DNA from: a virus
Lineage: Duplodnaviria > Caudoviricetes
IMG/VR virus record: IMGVR_UViG_3300036978_000157
Location: 1 to 58,120 of that record
Strand: one strand, 5' to 3'
Length of the DNA: 58,120 bases
The position numbers and the translations under genes were made by a program. The notes beneath the pieces were generated by a model, which saw only the letters and a list, made by a program, of their open reading frames with translations, had not been told where the DNA came from and searched no databases. Numbering within the stretch: the first letter of the stretch is position 1; each line of letters opens with the position of its first letter. Below are positions 44,485 to 56,047 of the stretch, one piece after another.

Positions 44485-44934
44485 TTAGTTTCCGAAGACT
44501 GTAAATAATATCAAAGTGGAATCATTTGCTACACCAGCCTGTCTTCCAGCAACAGTAACATTTGCAGATGATGTCGAAATAGATTGAATGGCTACAATTG
44601 GCCCATCTGGGACTGTTGTATTAGCCGAGGAGATATTTGCACTATAATTCGCATCTGCCATAGGAGTAGAAAAATTCACAGTATAATCACCAACTGCATT
44701 CTTCGTAACGCTGGAGACATTGTAGCTGGAGCGGATGGTTCCCGGCGATGTAGTTCCATTAAAATTAACCCATGCTTTGGCAATGCGAGTTTGCTCTGTA
44801 GTGCCAAGTTTTGCTGCGGTGACAGAACCATTGACGAGTTGCGTTGCTCCTACTGCGTTGGCTGGAATAATAGCACTCGTCAGCGAAGTTGCATCGTTAA
44901 AAGTAATACCTGCGGATGTAATTGTTGTTGGCAT
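44485..44934 (-). CDS. Tail fibre-associated protein (paralog of 44939-45448)
   Basis: AKAWVNFNGT...IRSSYNVSSV...GDYTVNF..PMADANYS. Confidence 0.65.
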   Translation of the reverse strand: MPTTITSAGITFNDATSLTSAIIPANAVGATQLVNGSVTAAKLGTTEQTRIAKAWVNFNGTTSPGTIRSSYNVSSVTKNAVGDYTVNFSTPMADANYSANISSANTTVPDGPIVAIQSISTSSANVTVAGRQAGVANDSTLILFTVFGN

Positions 44935-44938
44935 AAGA

Positions 44939-45448
44939 TTAATTTCCGAAGATTTGGATACTTGCTTCATCAGAATCCACTAAAAATCTGTTTGTTGACC
45001 AAGAAGAAGTTTGAAATCGAAATTGTGATGTTGTTTTTGTAAGATATGGAGAACCCCAACATCCAAAATTAGAATTTAACAAACCTCCGCCCATAAATGA
45101 TGCACTATAATTAGCATCACTCATTGCTGTAGTAAAATTCACAGTATAATCACCAGTTCCATTGCGAAGAACACTTGTGACATTTCCACTTGAGCGAATG
45201 AAACGATTTGTATTCGCCGAGCTAACTGCACCAGAAGAGTCACGGGTTCCATCGAAGTTCACCCATGCGCGGCAAGCGTAGGCAGGAGCAGAACCAGTCG
45301 TAGTGGAGAACTTGGTAGCAGTATCTGCGTTACCAGTTAGATTTCCAGTAATGCCAGAGGTAGTCAGCGTAGCGGCAGTTGAGCCATTGACTTTAAGATA
45401 CCCTTGCGCGAGGGAACTATCGTTTTCGAGTGAGAGTGAGGTTGCCAT
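44939..45448 (-). CDS. Tail fibre-associated protein
   Basis: CRAWVNFDGT...IRSSGNVTSV...GDYTVNF..AMSDANYS. Confidence 0.65.
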   Translation of the reverse strand: MATSLSLENDSSLAQGYLKVNGSTAATLTTSGITGNLTGNADTATKFSTTTGSAPAYACRAWVNFDGTRDSSGAVSSANTNRFIRSSGNVTSVLRNGTGDYTVNFTTAMSDANYSASFMGGGLLNSNFGCWGSPYLTKTTSQFRFQTSSWSTNRFLVDSDEASIQIFGN

Positions 45449-45451
45449 ATG

Positions 45452-45979
45452 TTAGTATTTAATGCAGGGAAGAAGTGCGATGTTAGCTGGACGAGTTTCT
45501 GCTGCGGTGCGTGGAGTGCCGTTGACTGTATCGGTAATTGGTGATCCTATCGGATTTGTTGCTCCTGTGGAAACAGGCCCAGCCCCTCCATTTGCATTTG
45601 TTCCTGAAAACCAAGGGATTCCATTAAAAGAATGAAAGTGACCCTGCATAGCATCTCCTTGTTTAGTTCCAAGAGTTCCAGAATAAGTGATTCCAGAGAT
45701 TGTTTGTGATCCAGTTCCGCGAATGAAAACACCTTCCAAATCTGGTAATGTTCCAGCAGCACCATAGGTAGTTCCAAGGATAGCGTAGAGTGCAGAAAAG
45801 TCAGTCGTTACTCCTTGAACAGTTCCAGCTCCATTTGGGACAGCATCACCATTGCAAAACAAAAACCCGGTCGGTGCAGTTGAAGTTGCAAAGTGATATA
45901 CACTTCCAGTTGGAACTGATCCATTTCCAATGTAGTTTGGGCTTACGATTCCTGTTGTTCCATTTAATGTGATTGGCAT
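45452..45979 (-). CDS. Phage tail collar domain protein
   Basis: PTGSV..FA...APTGFLFCNG...LYAILGTTYG...LPDL.G.FIRG...ETRP.NIAL. Confidence 0.85.
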   Translation of the reverse strand: MPITLNGTTGIVSPNYIGNGSVPTGSVYHFATSTAPTGFLFCNGDAVPNGAGTVQGVTTDFSALYAILGTTYGAAGTLPDLEGVFIRGTGSQTISGITYSGTLGTKQGDAMQGHFHSFNGIPWFSGTNANGGAGPVSTGATNPIGSPITDTVNGTPRTAAETRPANIALLPCIKY

Positions 45980-45991
45980 AATTTTTATCCT

Positions 45992-46630
45992 TTATACTAC
46001 AGTCCAAACTGATCCACTTGGAATGGTTACTACTACTCCTGCATTGACTGTGATTGGCCCAGCAGTCATTGCGTTTTTAGTTGATGGAATTGAATAACTG
46101 GCAGTCACAGCTTGGTCATTCAAGAAGAATACTTCATTTGTTCCCGATCCTCCAATAGCTCCAATGCCCGTAGCTCCTGTTACACCAGTTGCTCCAGTTG
46201 CGCCTGTCGGCCCTCCAGCAGGGCCAGTTGCACCAGATGGGCCTGTAGCACCAGTTGGGCCGCCAGCGGGGCCAGTTGCACCTGTCTTACCATTCAGTGA
46301 GACGATGACAATTTCATCCCCAGATGGGACTGGATTGTTCATCGTAATGGTATATGGGTATCCAAATGTGATTGTGTAGTCCAATGGGTCTTGGACAACT
46401 CCATCAATCGTTACAAGGAATGATGCGCTATTTGTTGAGGTAGCTCCATCAATATTGAATGTGGTTGCAACTCCATCACCGATATATCCCCAGCGAATTC
46501 CTCCACCAGTTTCTGAAGCAACAATTGCTATGCGAGCATAGTAAGCTGCACGATCTGCAATCGCATTCATTGCCGCCTCACTTGGGCCGCATGGATTGCA
46601 TTTTGAACTTCTGGAATTTCCGCAACTCAT
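45992..46630 (-). CDS. Fibre protein with short collagen-like segment
   Basis: GATG repeats; C-terminal NAMTAGPITVNAGVVVTIPSGSVWTVV. Confidence 0.7.
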   Translation of the reverse strand: MSCGNSRSSKCNPCGPSEAAMNAIADRAAYYARIAIVASETGGGIRWGYIGDGVATTFNIDGATSTNSASFLVTIDGVVQDPLDYTITFGYPYTITMNNPVPSGDEIVIVSLNGKTGATGPAGGPTGATGPSGATGPAGGPTGATGATGVTGATGIGAIGGSGTNEVFFLNDQAVTASYSIPSTKNAMTAGPITVNAGVVVTIPSGSVWTVV

Positions 46631-46661
46631 ATTTTTATCGTTAACGATAGTTTAGGTTAAG

Positions 46662-47204
46662 TCAAGATGTTTGTTCCACTAAAAGATAGGGAATTGTCTT
46701 TTGGTTGTATCTATTCATTTCCGAATAGACGAGGTTGATGAATCCGTCCCATTGTGAAGGATAGATCGTTTGACATCCTTCGCTTGAAGTCGATTTGTAA
46801 CTGCCCTTATGGATGTTGATAGCGATGCCCATATCGTCTCCAGTAATGTCTCGCGTAACAGGCAACTCCTCTTTGGCGTTAGCAGGTCGTAACGCTGGGT
46901 AGCCACCTCCGGGTTTAGAGATACCATGATTCCCTTTGCGATACCTATGAACGCCCGTCTTGAGAACCGCAATGCCTTTTTTAAATACTGAAGGATCAGT
47001 ATTAGCGTTGAAAGTAGCATGAACAGAAGGGGATAATAAAATAATCGCATCGTCATAAATGCCTCTTTGATTGCCTGATGGAGCGAATGTTTCAGAGTAA
47101 TACCCTCTAATCCCGACCAGCGCAACACGATCTTCAATCCCTGCACGGATAACCATTGCGAGGGTCTTTTCTTTTGCTTGCTGCGGTCTGGAGTTCGGAA
47201 CCAT
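46662..47204 (-). CDS. Putative endolysin (YkuD / L,D-transpeptidase-like motif)
   Basis: INIHKG...SSEGCQTI; adjacent to membrane-protein genes. Confidence 0.6.
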   Translation of the reverse strand: MVPNSRPQQAKEKTLAMVIRAGIEDRVALVGIRGYYSETFAPSGNQRGIYDDAIILLSPSVHATFNANTDPSVFKKGIAVLKTGVHRYRKGNHGISKPGGGYPALRPANAKEELPVTRDITGDDMGIAINIHKGSYKSTSSEGCQTIYPSQWDGFINLVYSEMNRYNQKTIPYLLVEQTS

Positions 47205-47374
47205 TAGCCTTTACGGATTACATTGATGAGTCCAACAAGTCCGAGTCCTGCGACAAGGATTGCCTCTTGGAGTTCTGGTTCGATCTTCACTCCGACTGCC
47301 GTAGCAATCAGAATCAATCCGCGCCATGTGCTATTCTCTGATAGCCGCTGAAGTAGTATATTTACGATTTTCAT
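47204..47374 (-). CDS. Holin-like membrane protein
   Basis: RLSENSTWRGL plus two hydrophobic helices; start at 47374. Confidence 0.6.
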   Translation of the reverse strand: MKIVNILLQRLSENSTWRGLILIATAVGVKIEPELQEAILVAGLGLVGLINVIRKG

Positions 47375-47529
47375 TTCTTTGTTCCTTTTGGTTCGGGCAG
47401 TTCGTATGTCAGCCGCCCGTAGTCTGTCTGTAGGGAAATTCCAAGTGTTGTGCAACCAGTCAAGAATGCCATTGCAAGAAAAGCGAATGATATAATAATC
47501 ATTCCGAGTGCGATTTTTTTAGCGTTCAT
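47371..47529 (-). CDS. Small lipoprotein, spanin candidate (not in the ORF track)
   Basis: MNAKKIALGMIIISFAFLAMAFLTGC lipobox. Confidence 0.6.
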   Translation of the reverse strand: MNAKKIALGMIIISFAFLAMAFLTGCTTLGISLQTDYGRLTYELPEPKGTKK

Positions 47530-47701
47530 TGTTACGAATTTTTTTAAACATATACACTATAGTCAAAACGCCTGCAACAAGCGAAACAAGCAAGCCCCCG
47601 ACACGCAAGCCAGTTTCGATGTGCGGCATCAGACCAACCATGAACCCTGTAAAGCTCGTTGTCGTTCCCAAAATTCCTGTGAGTGTAGCGTTATCGTTCA
47701 T
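47519..47701 (-). CDS. Holin-like membrane protein
   Basis: 60 aa, two hydrophobic segments, basic C-terminus. Confidence 0.55.
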   Translation of the reverse strand: MNDNATLTGILGTTTSFTGFMVGLMPHIETGLRVGGLLVSLVAGVLTIVYMFKKIRNNER

Positions 47702-47864
47702 TTTCTTGTTCTTTGTATTTAATCTTTGAAAAGTCTGCTTCGTTTCGTTTCACAGCATATGTTCCTTCTGGCAACGGCCAAGTTGTTGTATTGCCATCCC
47801 AACGGATTCCCATTTCAACTTCATGCGTTTCAGAATTAACAATAAGCCAGTCGTCGATGTCCAT
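47691..47864 (-). CDS. Small protein following the collagen fibre (not in the ORF track)
   Basis: MDIDDWLIVN...IRWDG...WPLPEG. Confidence 0.5.
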   Translation of the reverse strand: MDIDDWLIVNSETHEVEMGIRWDGNTTTWPLPEGTYAVKRNEADFSKIKYKEQENER

Positions 47865-47865
47865 A

Positions 47866-49452
<1,587 letters not shown>

Positions 49453-49465
49453 GGTGTTTTATCGT

Positions 49466-49708
49466 TTACGATAATGGTTCCCACTTTACTTCTACTCGAT
49501 CAGTAAACCACTCAAGGTGACTTACCCATTCTGTCTCTGGCCCCGGAGGATCAGCTTTTACAAGCTCAACAAGAGTAGGATCAACCCAATCTTCGGGAAC
49601 TGGGTATGGACGAATCGTGTCGATGCGTGGATTACCTTCATCATCCAAGCAAACGCTGGAGAGGTATTTAGTTCCATCTGGAAATATGAGTCCGTATGTT
49701 TTAAGCAT
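49466..49708 (-). CDS. Hypothetical protein
   Basis: 80 aa; ends L-S-stop inside palindrome 49459-49474. Confidence 0.65.
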   Translation of the reverse strand: MLKTYGLIFPDGTKYLSSVCLDDEGNPRIDTIRPYPVPEDWVDPTLVELVKADPPGPETEWVSHLEWFTDRVEVKWEPLS

Positions 49709-49712
49709 AATC

Positions 49713-51746
49713 TTATGTTCCGTATCCGATTTCTACTGCATCAACCGAAGCTACCCACCGCCATGTTTCTGCGGCGATGCCAGTCACAGCGATTCGCAGA
49801 GTGTCGTCTCCATTGTTTGCAGAGAGCGCGATGACTGTTCCTGCGGCGTTATCGGTTCCGATAGTCACAGGTGCATAGACTTCGCTGGATGTGCCGCCGA
49901 CATTCTTGACTGCGTATTGGCGAACATAGTGGGCGACTGCGCTTCCATCCGATTTCACTCCAGAGATGTTGATCGTGCAGGCAATGACTTTCCCAGATGG
50001 GATGCCGAGATATGTCGTTGCTCCATCCAGTGCCATTTCCACGGCGGCGTTGGTAGTTGTTTTGCAGCGAAGGACGAAACGGGCGCGTTGGGCATCGCCG
50101 CTTGAAATAAATAATCCTGTAGCGTGTGCAAACATTGGTCTATCTGCTAAAGAATTCCATCCAATAGCAGTTCCGGCTAAAGATGATGTGACCCTACTTC
50201 CTCTTCCAAGCGCAACTCCTTGCGCTGCTTCGCATTGATAACCGATTGCTACAGATCCAAATAAATTTGTTGACGCTGTATTTTGAGCGCCAATTACAAC
50301 TGCGTTTGTTCCTGATGCTACTTGACTGGCTGATAATCGACTCGTTTGAAGGTCAATAGCATTCGCACCCCTTGCATTCCCGCCAGTTGCCGTGCCATCT
50401 GGCTTCGGCCCCGCGATCAGCGCACCCGTGCCTTTCGGTGTGAGGACAAGATCAGAATTTGTCGCGGTTGTATTCTCGGAAAGAGTTACATTTGTGCTGA
50501 CACTATGACCATTTACAAGCGTTCCCGCAGTAATGTCCGTTGTGAAAAGTGAAGCTCCACCACCAACGCTTGTGCTTACTTGGAATGAAGTTCCGCTGAC
50601 ATTGATAACATAGTAGTTTGTCGTTGTAACAAGACCCGCTCCACCAGTAAGTGCCGTAAATCGAACTGGCTGACCATTTGCAAATGTAGAACCAGTTGCC
50701 GTGATAATGTCAGTTGCTGCAACTCCAGTTACTGCAAACGAGACAATCGCATCGTCAATGATGATTCCGCTATTCTGAACAATGCCAGTTCCGACATCTG
50801 CACGAAGGACTGCGTTGTCTACTGCACCAACTGATCCACCGACTTTTGCAGCAAGATCAGTCGTTAGGTTTGCAATCTTACTTTGGTCAATAGCGGCAGA
50901 TGCCGATACATCAGCGTTTACAATGGTAGTTGCGGGACTTTGGAATACTCCGTTGACTACTTTGACTACACCAGTTCCTGTGACGCTGGGCATCGTGCTG
51001 CGCGTGTGAGATGGGTAACTACCACCGAAGTGGAATGTAAGACGATTGTTGTTCTGGTGCGCCCGTCCGTATAGGTATACAACGATTCGATCAGTCGAAA
51101 GAATCGTTGTTTGAGGCATCACTACAGATGCAACGTATTGGTTAATCTCTGCTGGATCGTAGATGTAAGTATCGTTCGATGTTGCAAGTAATACTGGTGC
51201 ATTCGTTCCGTCATACTTCCGAATTTCAACTTTAAAATAAATCTGGTTTGCAGAATTTGTAGTAGTGGACTCTATGAATAAATTGAAATCCCAAATACCA
51301 GCAGGGATTGCCGTAGCAGAAGGAGTGCTGACATCTGTTACAAACGATGCGAGGAAATCGTAACTTGCAGTTGAAAGAATTGGGGAAAGATACGAGGTTG
51401 CAGTTGTATCACCAACAAGACCAAGTTCTTTAGATGCATTCGGAGTTTGCGGGATGTTTGTTAGCGGCGTATCTGCCGCCGTATTGAAATTCAGATAATA
51501 GACTACTCCACCGCCACCAGAACCTCCAGATGGGATTGATCCGGGAACCCAGTTTGCTCCATCATATTGGAGGACTTGACCATTGACTGGCGTTGCATTG
51601 CTGACTGGTCTGCCTTGCAAGCCATCTACTGTAGGATTAGGATATGTTCCAGCAAGATCGCCGCCAGCAGCACCAGTTGGACTACCTCCTCCTGCTGATC
51701 CAGTAAAATCAAGTTTGCCAGTAAATGGATTAAATTTTAGTGCCAT
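49713..51746 (-). CDS. Fibre / spike protein
   Basis: AGGDLAGTYPNPTV motif, beta-rich domains, YadA-head-like SVAIG repeats. Confidence 0.7.
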   Translation of the reverse strand: MALKFNPFTGKLDFTGSAGGGSPTGAAGGDLAGTYPNPTVDGLQGRPVSNATPVNGQVLQYDGANWVPGSIPSGGSGGGGVVYYLNFNTAADTPLTNIPQTPNASKELGLVGDTTATSYLSPILSTASYDFLASFVTDVSTPSATAIPAGIWDFNLFIESTTTNSANQIYFKVEIRKYDGTNAPVLLATSNDTYIYDPAEINQYVASVVMPQTTILSTDRIVVYLYGRAHQNNNRLTFHFGGSYPSHTRSTMPSVTGTGVVKVVNGVFQSPATTIVNADVSASAAIDQSKIANLTTDLAAKVGGSVGAVDNAVLRADVGTGIVQNSGIIIDDAIVSFAVTGVAATDIITATGSTFANGQPVRFTALTGGAGLVTTTNYYVINVSGTSFQVSTSVGGGASLFTTDITAGTLVNGHSVSTNVTLSENTTATNSDLVLTPKGTGALIAGPKPDGTATGGNARGANAIDLQTSRLSASQVASGTNAVVIGAQNTASTNLFGSVAIGYQCEAAQGVALGRGSRVTSSLAGTAIGWNSLADRPMFAHATGLFISSGDAQRARFVLRCKTTTNAAVEMALDGATTYLGIPSGKVIACTINISGVKSDGSAVAHYVRQYAVKNVGGTSSEVYAPVTIGTDNAAGTVIALSANNGDDTLRIAVTGIAAETWRWVASVDAVEIGYGT

Positions 51747-51747
51747 A

Positions 51748-52014
51748 TTATGGGTAAGCTATTGTTATATTTACCAAGTTAGCATCATTTGTTGTAGGAG
51801 GTTGCACTGCATAAACAAGAGTCAATGTAGCAACCACATTACCACCATTCAAATATTGAACAGTTGCAATGTTGTTTGTTGCTCCGTAATACGAAATATC
51901 AATTTGGTCATATGCAGGAATCTCAAACCCTGCAATTTCCTTCAAAGATTCGTATAGATTGAAATTTTGCTGATCTGGAGTTAGATTGATAAAGCAGGGT
52001 TGAGTGAGTGCCAT
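51748..52014 (-). CDS. Small virion-associated protein
   Basis: IPAYDQI..SY..TNNIATVQY..GG..VATLTL.Y. Confidence 0.65.
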   Translation of the reverse strand: MALTQPCFINLTPDQQNFNLYESLKEIAGFEIPAYDQIDISYYGATNNIATVQYLNGGNVVATLTLVYAVQPPTTNDANLVNITIAYP

Positions 52015-52036
52015 AATATTTTATCGGTTACGATAA

Positions 52037-52303
52037 TTAGCCAACTGGTGGGAGAGCAGCGGCAAGAGCTTCGTTAGTGAGGAAGTATTGCTGGTCTTCA
52101 GTTTTTTGCACAAAGCAATTCTCGGTAACTGGGGTGAGTTCACCAATGGTTGCGAGTCCAACGTAAAATTGATAGAGCTTAGAAGCATCACTTGCTGCGT
52201 CATAGCAACCATAAGAGATTGGATCAATGCCAGCAGCGGCGGCGATTGTTTGAACGAAAGGGTAGGATTTATTGCGGTAGTCGAGAGCGGTGAAACAAGC
52301 CAT
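52037..52303 (-). CDS. Small Cys-repeat virion protein
   Basis: Three C-F/Y internal repeats. Confidence 0.6.
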   Translation of the reverse strand: MACFTALDYRNKSYPFVQTIAAAAGIDPISYGCYDAASDASKLYQFYVGLATIGELTPVTENCFVQKTEDQQYFLTNEALAAALPPVG

Positions 52304-52320
52304 AATTAGAAAAGGGGTTA

Positions 52321-52348
52321 GGGTGAGGAAGTATTTACTTCCCCACCC
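52321..52348 (-). terminator. Hairpin / weak terminator after the capsid-accessory gene
   Basis: GGGTGAGGAAGTA/TACTTCCCCACCC. Confidence 0.5.
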
Positions 52349-52359
52349 AAGGTTGAGGT

Positions 52360-52974
52360 TTAGTAGTAGATGCCAACAACGTAGGCATTCACATAGAGTG
52401 CGCCGACACGTCCAGCGGTATCAGCACCAGAAGCGACATCAGCACCAGCGTTTGCGTAGGTGAAGGTGGTCGAGTTAACGACAGTAACTTCAGCCTGCAC
52501 ATCGTTGAACGAACTATCGGTCATGCTGGCAATCGTGATCGTGTCACCCGTGGCAAAACCATGAGCAGCACCAGTAACGATTGTAGCAACGCCCGAAGTG
52601 CGGGAACGAGTTGCGGTAGCTTGACCAGCACCAACAGTTGATTTCAACAAACGGAGTTTGCGAGAACCAGTGATAACAAAAGGATTGGCAACAAACGCGA
52701 GAGGATTGTAGCGTCCTTGGTTATCAAGAGCGTCGGTGATGGTGAGCGAAGAGGTGATGTTTTCGCCAGTGGTTCCGTTGTCAACGATCACAATTGGATC
52801 GGTGGCAGTGGTTCCGCGAGCGTAGGCAGTCTCCAGCACGATGCTTGTTGGAAAGAACTTGGTGTCCTCGTCGTTAAGAACGAGAAGATCAGTATCTCCA
52901 GCAGCGAGAAGGTTAACAGCAATCGGGCCAAACAGATTGACACGATCATAAGCGAGTGGTCGTTTATTAGACAT
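52360..52974 (-). CDS. Capsid decoration / accessory protein
   Basis: Directly after the capsid gene, similar codon bias, AHGFATGDTITI beta-barrel motif. Confidence 0.55.
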   Translation of the reverse strand: MSNKRPLAYDRVNLFGPIAVNLLAAGDTDLLVLNDEDTKFFPTSIVLETAYARGTTATDPIVIVDNGTTGENITSSLTITDALDNQGRYNPLAFVANPFVITGSRKLRLLKSTVGAGQATATRSRTSGVATIVTGAAHGFATGDTITIASMTDSSFNDVQAEVTVVNSTTFTYANAGADVASGADTAGRVGALYVNAYVVGIYY

Positions 52975-52993
52975 AATTTTTATTTAAGGTTGT

Positions 52994-53021
52994 GGGGAGA
53001 GGCTTGAATAAGCCTCCCCCC
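52994..53021 (-). other. Intercistronic hairpin after the major capsid gene
   Basis: GGGGAGAGGCTT-GAAT-AAGCCTCCCCC. Confidence 0.55.
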
Positions 53022-53029
53022 TGTTTAAC

Positions 53030-54439
53030 TTAGGAAGGCACAACGATGTCACCCACACCAGCGCAGCTATAGCAGTCCTGAGTGTTGTCAGGAATGATGT
53101 AGCTCTGAACTGGGCAGCAGGAACCATAGAGGCTCTTGCTTTGTGGCAGGCGATGTAGGAACGAGTGCATGATGGTTGGGTCTTTGACCTGTGCGGCCAG
53201 ACGGAACTGAGCTTGATAGAAGCCAGATTTGCGCCAGCGGTTGCACTCCCAATCTGGGTTTTTCCATTCCCAATCACCAGCGTAGTTCTGGGTCATTTGT
53301 TGGGCTTGGCCGTATCCAGTCGAGGATGGCATTGTCCATTTAACCATTGCCTTGTTCACCATAGCAACAGAGATACCGAAGTCGGCATTGCGGTAGGCTT
53401 TGTTAGGAACATAGGAACATCCGTTTTCTTGGACAACTTTGATGTAACGAGGCACACGAACGAGACGCGCCCATGTCGCAGGATCAGCTTCATTGAATGG
53501 AGCGAGCGATGCGTTGAAGGCAGTGTCAGCGTTGAAGCGAGCAGCGTTGATGTCGTAGCCGAAGGCGTAGTCACCGATGATGCGGTTGATGCCGAGTTTC
53601 AGACGGGTCAAACGCTCGTCGAAGTCGGTGTTAGCATCCCAGTAACCATTGTTGCGCTTGGCTTGGAAGTAAAGCGCACGGCCAACTTGAGGATCGGGGA
53701 TAACGATGTCGAGCAAAGGCTGACCAGTCGCATCTTGGAGATCAAGACGGAAAGCGTCATCTTCGTCTTGGAGGTCAACGAGAGCGTCGTCGAGCATATC
53801 AAGCGAGAGATAAGCAATCTTGTTGAGGTCGGCGGGAGCCATCTTAACGCGAAGAGCGCAGAGATCGTAGCCAGCTTCGTTGTTGAGCGTATGCTCTGGA
53901 ACGAACCATGCTTGATCGTCAACGAGGCCGCAGTAAGTGCCGTCATCCGTAGTGATGCCCATCCACTTGTGGCCGGAACCACCGATGTAGTTGGAACGAA
54001 GGAACTCTTCGTGGACATTCTTGGTGATACGGGCATTCGACTCTTCAAACTGGAGAATCTCTTCAGCAGGGAAGAGGCGATAGAGAAGGCTCTCAACGCA
54101 AATCCAGTCAGTGGTCATCTCTTTACGGAGAAGCTCGAAAGTGTAGCTCTCAGTGCCGGGGCGTTGGATAACTTCGGGTTTGCTATCGCAAGAATCAGTC
54201 TCGCAGTAGGTGTCGGTGATCGAACGGAAAGGAGTGCAAGGATCGTGGAATCCACGGCCAAAGCGGAATGCTTTTTGTTCGGTTGTGTGGTTAAGAGGCC
54301 ATGCTTGCTCCTCGAAACGGGTGAAGTATGCAGAGTTTGTGACGAGCTTCTTCACATAGAGGTCGTTGAAATATTCGCGGCCCTCGCGGAAGAAACTGTC
54401 AATCTCGGCACAACTATTGAAGTAGAGTTGATCGCTCAT
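53030..54439 (-). CDS. Major capsid protein
   Basis: 469 aa after the scaffold, strong C-ending codon bias, own structured leader. Confidence 0.75.
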   Translation of the reverse strand: MSDQLYFNSCAEIDSFFREGREYFNDLYVKKLVTNSAYFTRFEEQAWPLNHTTEQKAFRFGRGFHDPCTPFRSITDTYCETDSCDSKPEVIQRPGTESYTFELLRKEMTTDWICVESLLYRLFPAEEILQFEESNARITKNVHEEFLRSNYIGGSGHKWMGITTDDGTYCGLVDDQAWFVPEHTLNNEAGYDLCALRVKMAPADLNKIAYLSLDMLDDALVDLQDEDDAFRLDLQDATGQPLLDIVIPDPQVGRALYFQAKRNNGYWDANTDFDERLTRLKLGINRIIGDYAFGYDINAARFNADTAFNASLAPFNEADPATWARLVRVPRYIKVVQENGCSYVPNKAYRNADFGISVAMVNKAMVKWTMPSSTGYGQAQQMTQNYAGDWEWKNPDWECNRWRKSGFYQAQFRLAAQVKDPTIMHSFLHRLPQSKSLYGSCCPVQSYIIPDNTQDCYSCAGVGDIVVPS

Positions 54440-54757
54440 TGATTTATTTGATTTTGGTTTAGTTTAGTTTTGCACCGCAAACTACACCATGAGGAATAGC
54501 AAGCGAGTGCTTGGTTTCCTCTGCTGGACTCAACCCAGAGTTTCTTTCTGTCCAGAAATCGTTTTTCATGCGAGGTCGAAAACTCGCCAGCCAGAGTGCG
54601 GCTGAATCACTAATTTTATCGTAAACGATAATTTCGTCTTTCTCTTACACCGGACATTGCAACCGACTATTTACCATGTCAAGCAACTTTTTTAAAAAAA
54701 ATGAAAAGGGGAGCAAGTTTTACCTTGCTCCCCTTCCAGCTAACAAGAATGATGGGA

Positions 54758-56044
54758 TTATGCGGTCGCCCTACCCTGTGGAGAGAAACGTGCCAATTTA
54801 CTGGCAAGTCCTTCGGCAATACTCATTCTTGGTTTCTGGGAATCCGATGCACTTGGCGATGACGAGATGCGTGATGATCCTTTGAGTTGTGCGATATACT
54901 CGTCTTTCTCTTTGACCATCTCTTGGTATGCCTTGAGTTGTGCTTGAATCTTCTGATAGGCGCGGCCTTGGTGGATCAGTCGGTTCATGTCTTCAACTGA
55001 TGCCTGCTCGTTGGTCTGCTGTGTAGCTGCCAGCGCAATAGCCTCGTCGCGGGAGATGTCGAACTTGATTCCCTTTTCCTTCATGTAGTCAGCAACCACA
55101 TCTGGAATTTCGGTAGCCCTATCAATCTCTTGTTGAGTGTTCTTGTAGCCTTCACGCCACTGGTTCAGATACTTGTTCCTGCCTTCTTGCTCTTTTTGTT
55201 TAGCGGTTTGAATGATATTCTGCTTGGTTTCTTCAAAGTTGACAAGAGCTGCGTGATGTCCTTGAGTTGCTTTGATGAAGCTGTTGACTTGCTCCGCGAA
55301 TTGATACTGCTTGAATTGCGAGAGCGAGTTCGTGATTTCCTCGAACGCTTGGTCGCGGTCGGCTTCTGCCGCTCTACGATCCTCTTCGGAGGACGCATTG
55401 AAGATGGAGGCATTTGCATTGACAGCACGGGAGAATGTCGAAAGAAGAGTTGGATCATTCGATAGCAATTGTCGCGCAGTGTCGTAGGTATTCTTGATAG
55501 GATCGAGGTAAGTTTTTTTGAAGTCGGGATTGCTTGTGATGTCGTGGAAGTCAAGCTTACCCCGGAGTTCCTTGATCTGCTCTGATAGTTGTTGCTCAAC
55601 GTCCAGCTTCTCTTGGTTGGCTTTGTTGAGTTGTTCTTGGTAGTGGTTGGTTTCTTTAGTCGATGTTGACTCGGCGACCAATCGCTCAAGTTCTTGGATT
55701 TTGGTTTCAAACTTGGGGATTTCATCTTTCTTGTATTTCTCAAGTTCTTCTTTGAGTTTTCGATTCTCTTCGATTTGCCGCTCAACGAATCCTTTTTTCT
55801 TTCCTGTGCGGTCAGACGTGATTTCAGCTTCGGTAACTCCCGTGTGTTCTTCTGGTGGTTCTTCTTCATTGAATTTTTTAATGCCGAGATTGGGATCACC
55901 AACATTGGTAGCACTGGGCTTGCCTTCGTCGGTTTGTTGCTGACTGAACTTCTTGAGGAAGTCAGATGTGTTACCTTTAATCGGAACTTGAGGTTTAGCC
56001 TTCAGTTCTTTGATTACTTCTGCTGTGTCGTTTGGGTCTGCCAT
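54758..56044 (-). CDS. Scaffolding protein (duplicate in the overlap)
   Basis: Identical to 548-1834. Confidence 0.65.
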   Translation of the reverse strand: MADPNDTAEVIKELKAKPQVPIKGNTSDFLKKFSQQQTDEGKPSATNVGDPNLGIKKFNEEEPPEEHTGVTEAEITSDRTGKKKGFVERQIEENRKLKEELEKYKKDEIPKFETKIQELERLVAESTSTKETNHYQEQLNKANQEKLDVEQQLSEQIKELRGKLDFHDITSNPDFKKTYLDPIKNTYDTARQLLSNDPTLLSTFSRAVNANASIFNASSEEDRRAAEADRDQAFEEITNSLSQFKQYQFAEQVNSFIKATQGHHAALVNFEETKQNIIQTAKQKEQEGRNKYLNQWREGYKNTQQEIDRATEIPDVVADYMKEKGIKFDISRDEAIALAATQQTNEQASVEDMNRLIHQGRAYQKIQAQLKAYQEMVKEKDEYIAQLKGSSRISSSPSASDSQKPRMSIAEGLASKLARFSPQGRATA

Positions 56045-56047
56045 AAA

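Noticed and set aside
44485-45448. Diversity-generating retroelement template/variable pair
   Set aside because: The paralogs are diverged at all base types and no reverse transcriptase gene is visible.
53165-54442. 425-aa plus-strand ORF antisense to the capsid gene (and similar shadow ORFs over scaffold, portal, 17949-18776, 27731-28450)
   Set aside because: Explained by codon bias of the sense gene; no motifs or expression signals.
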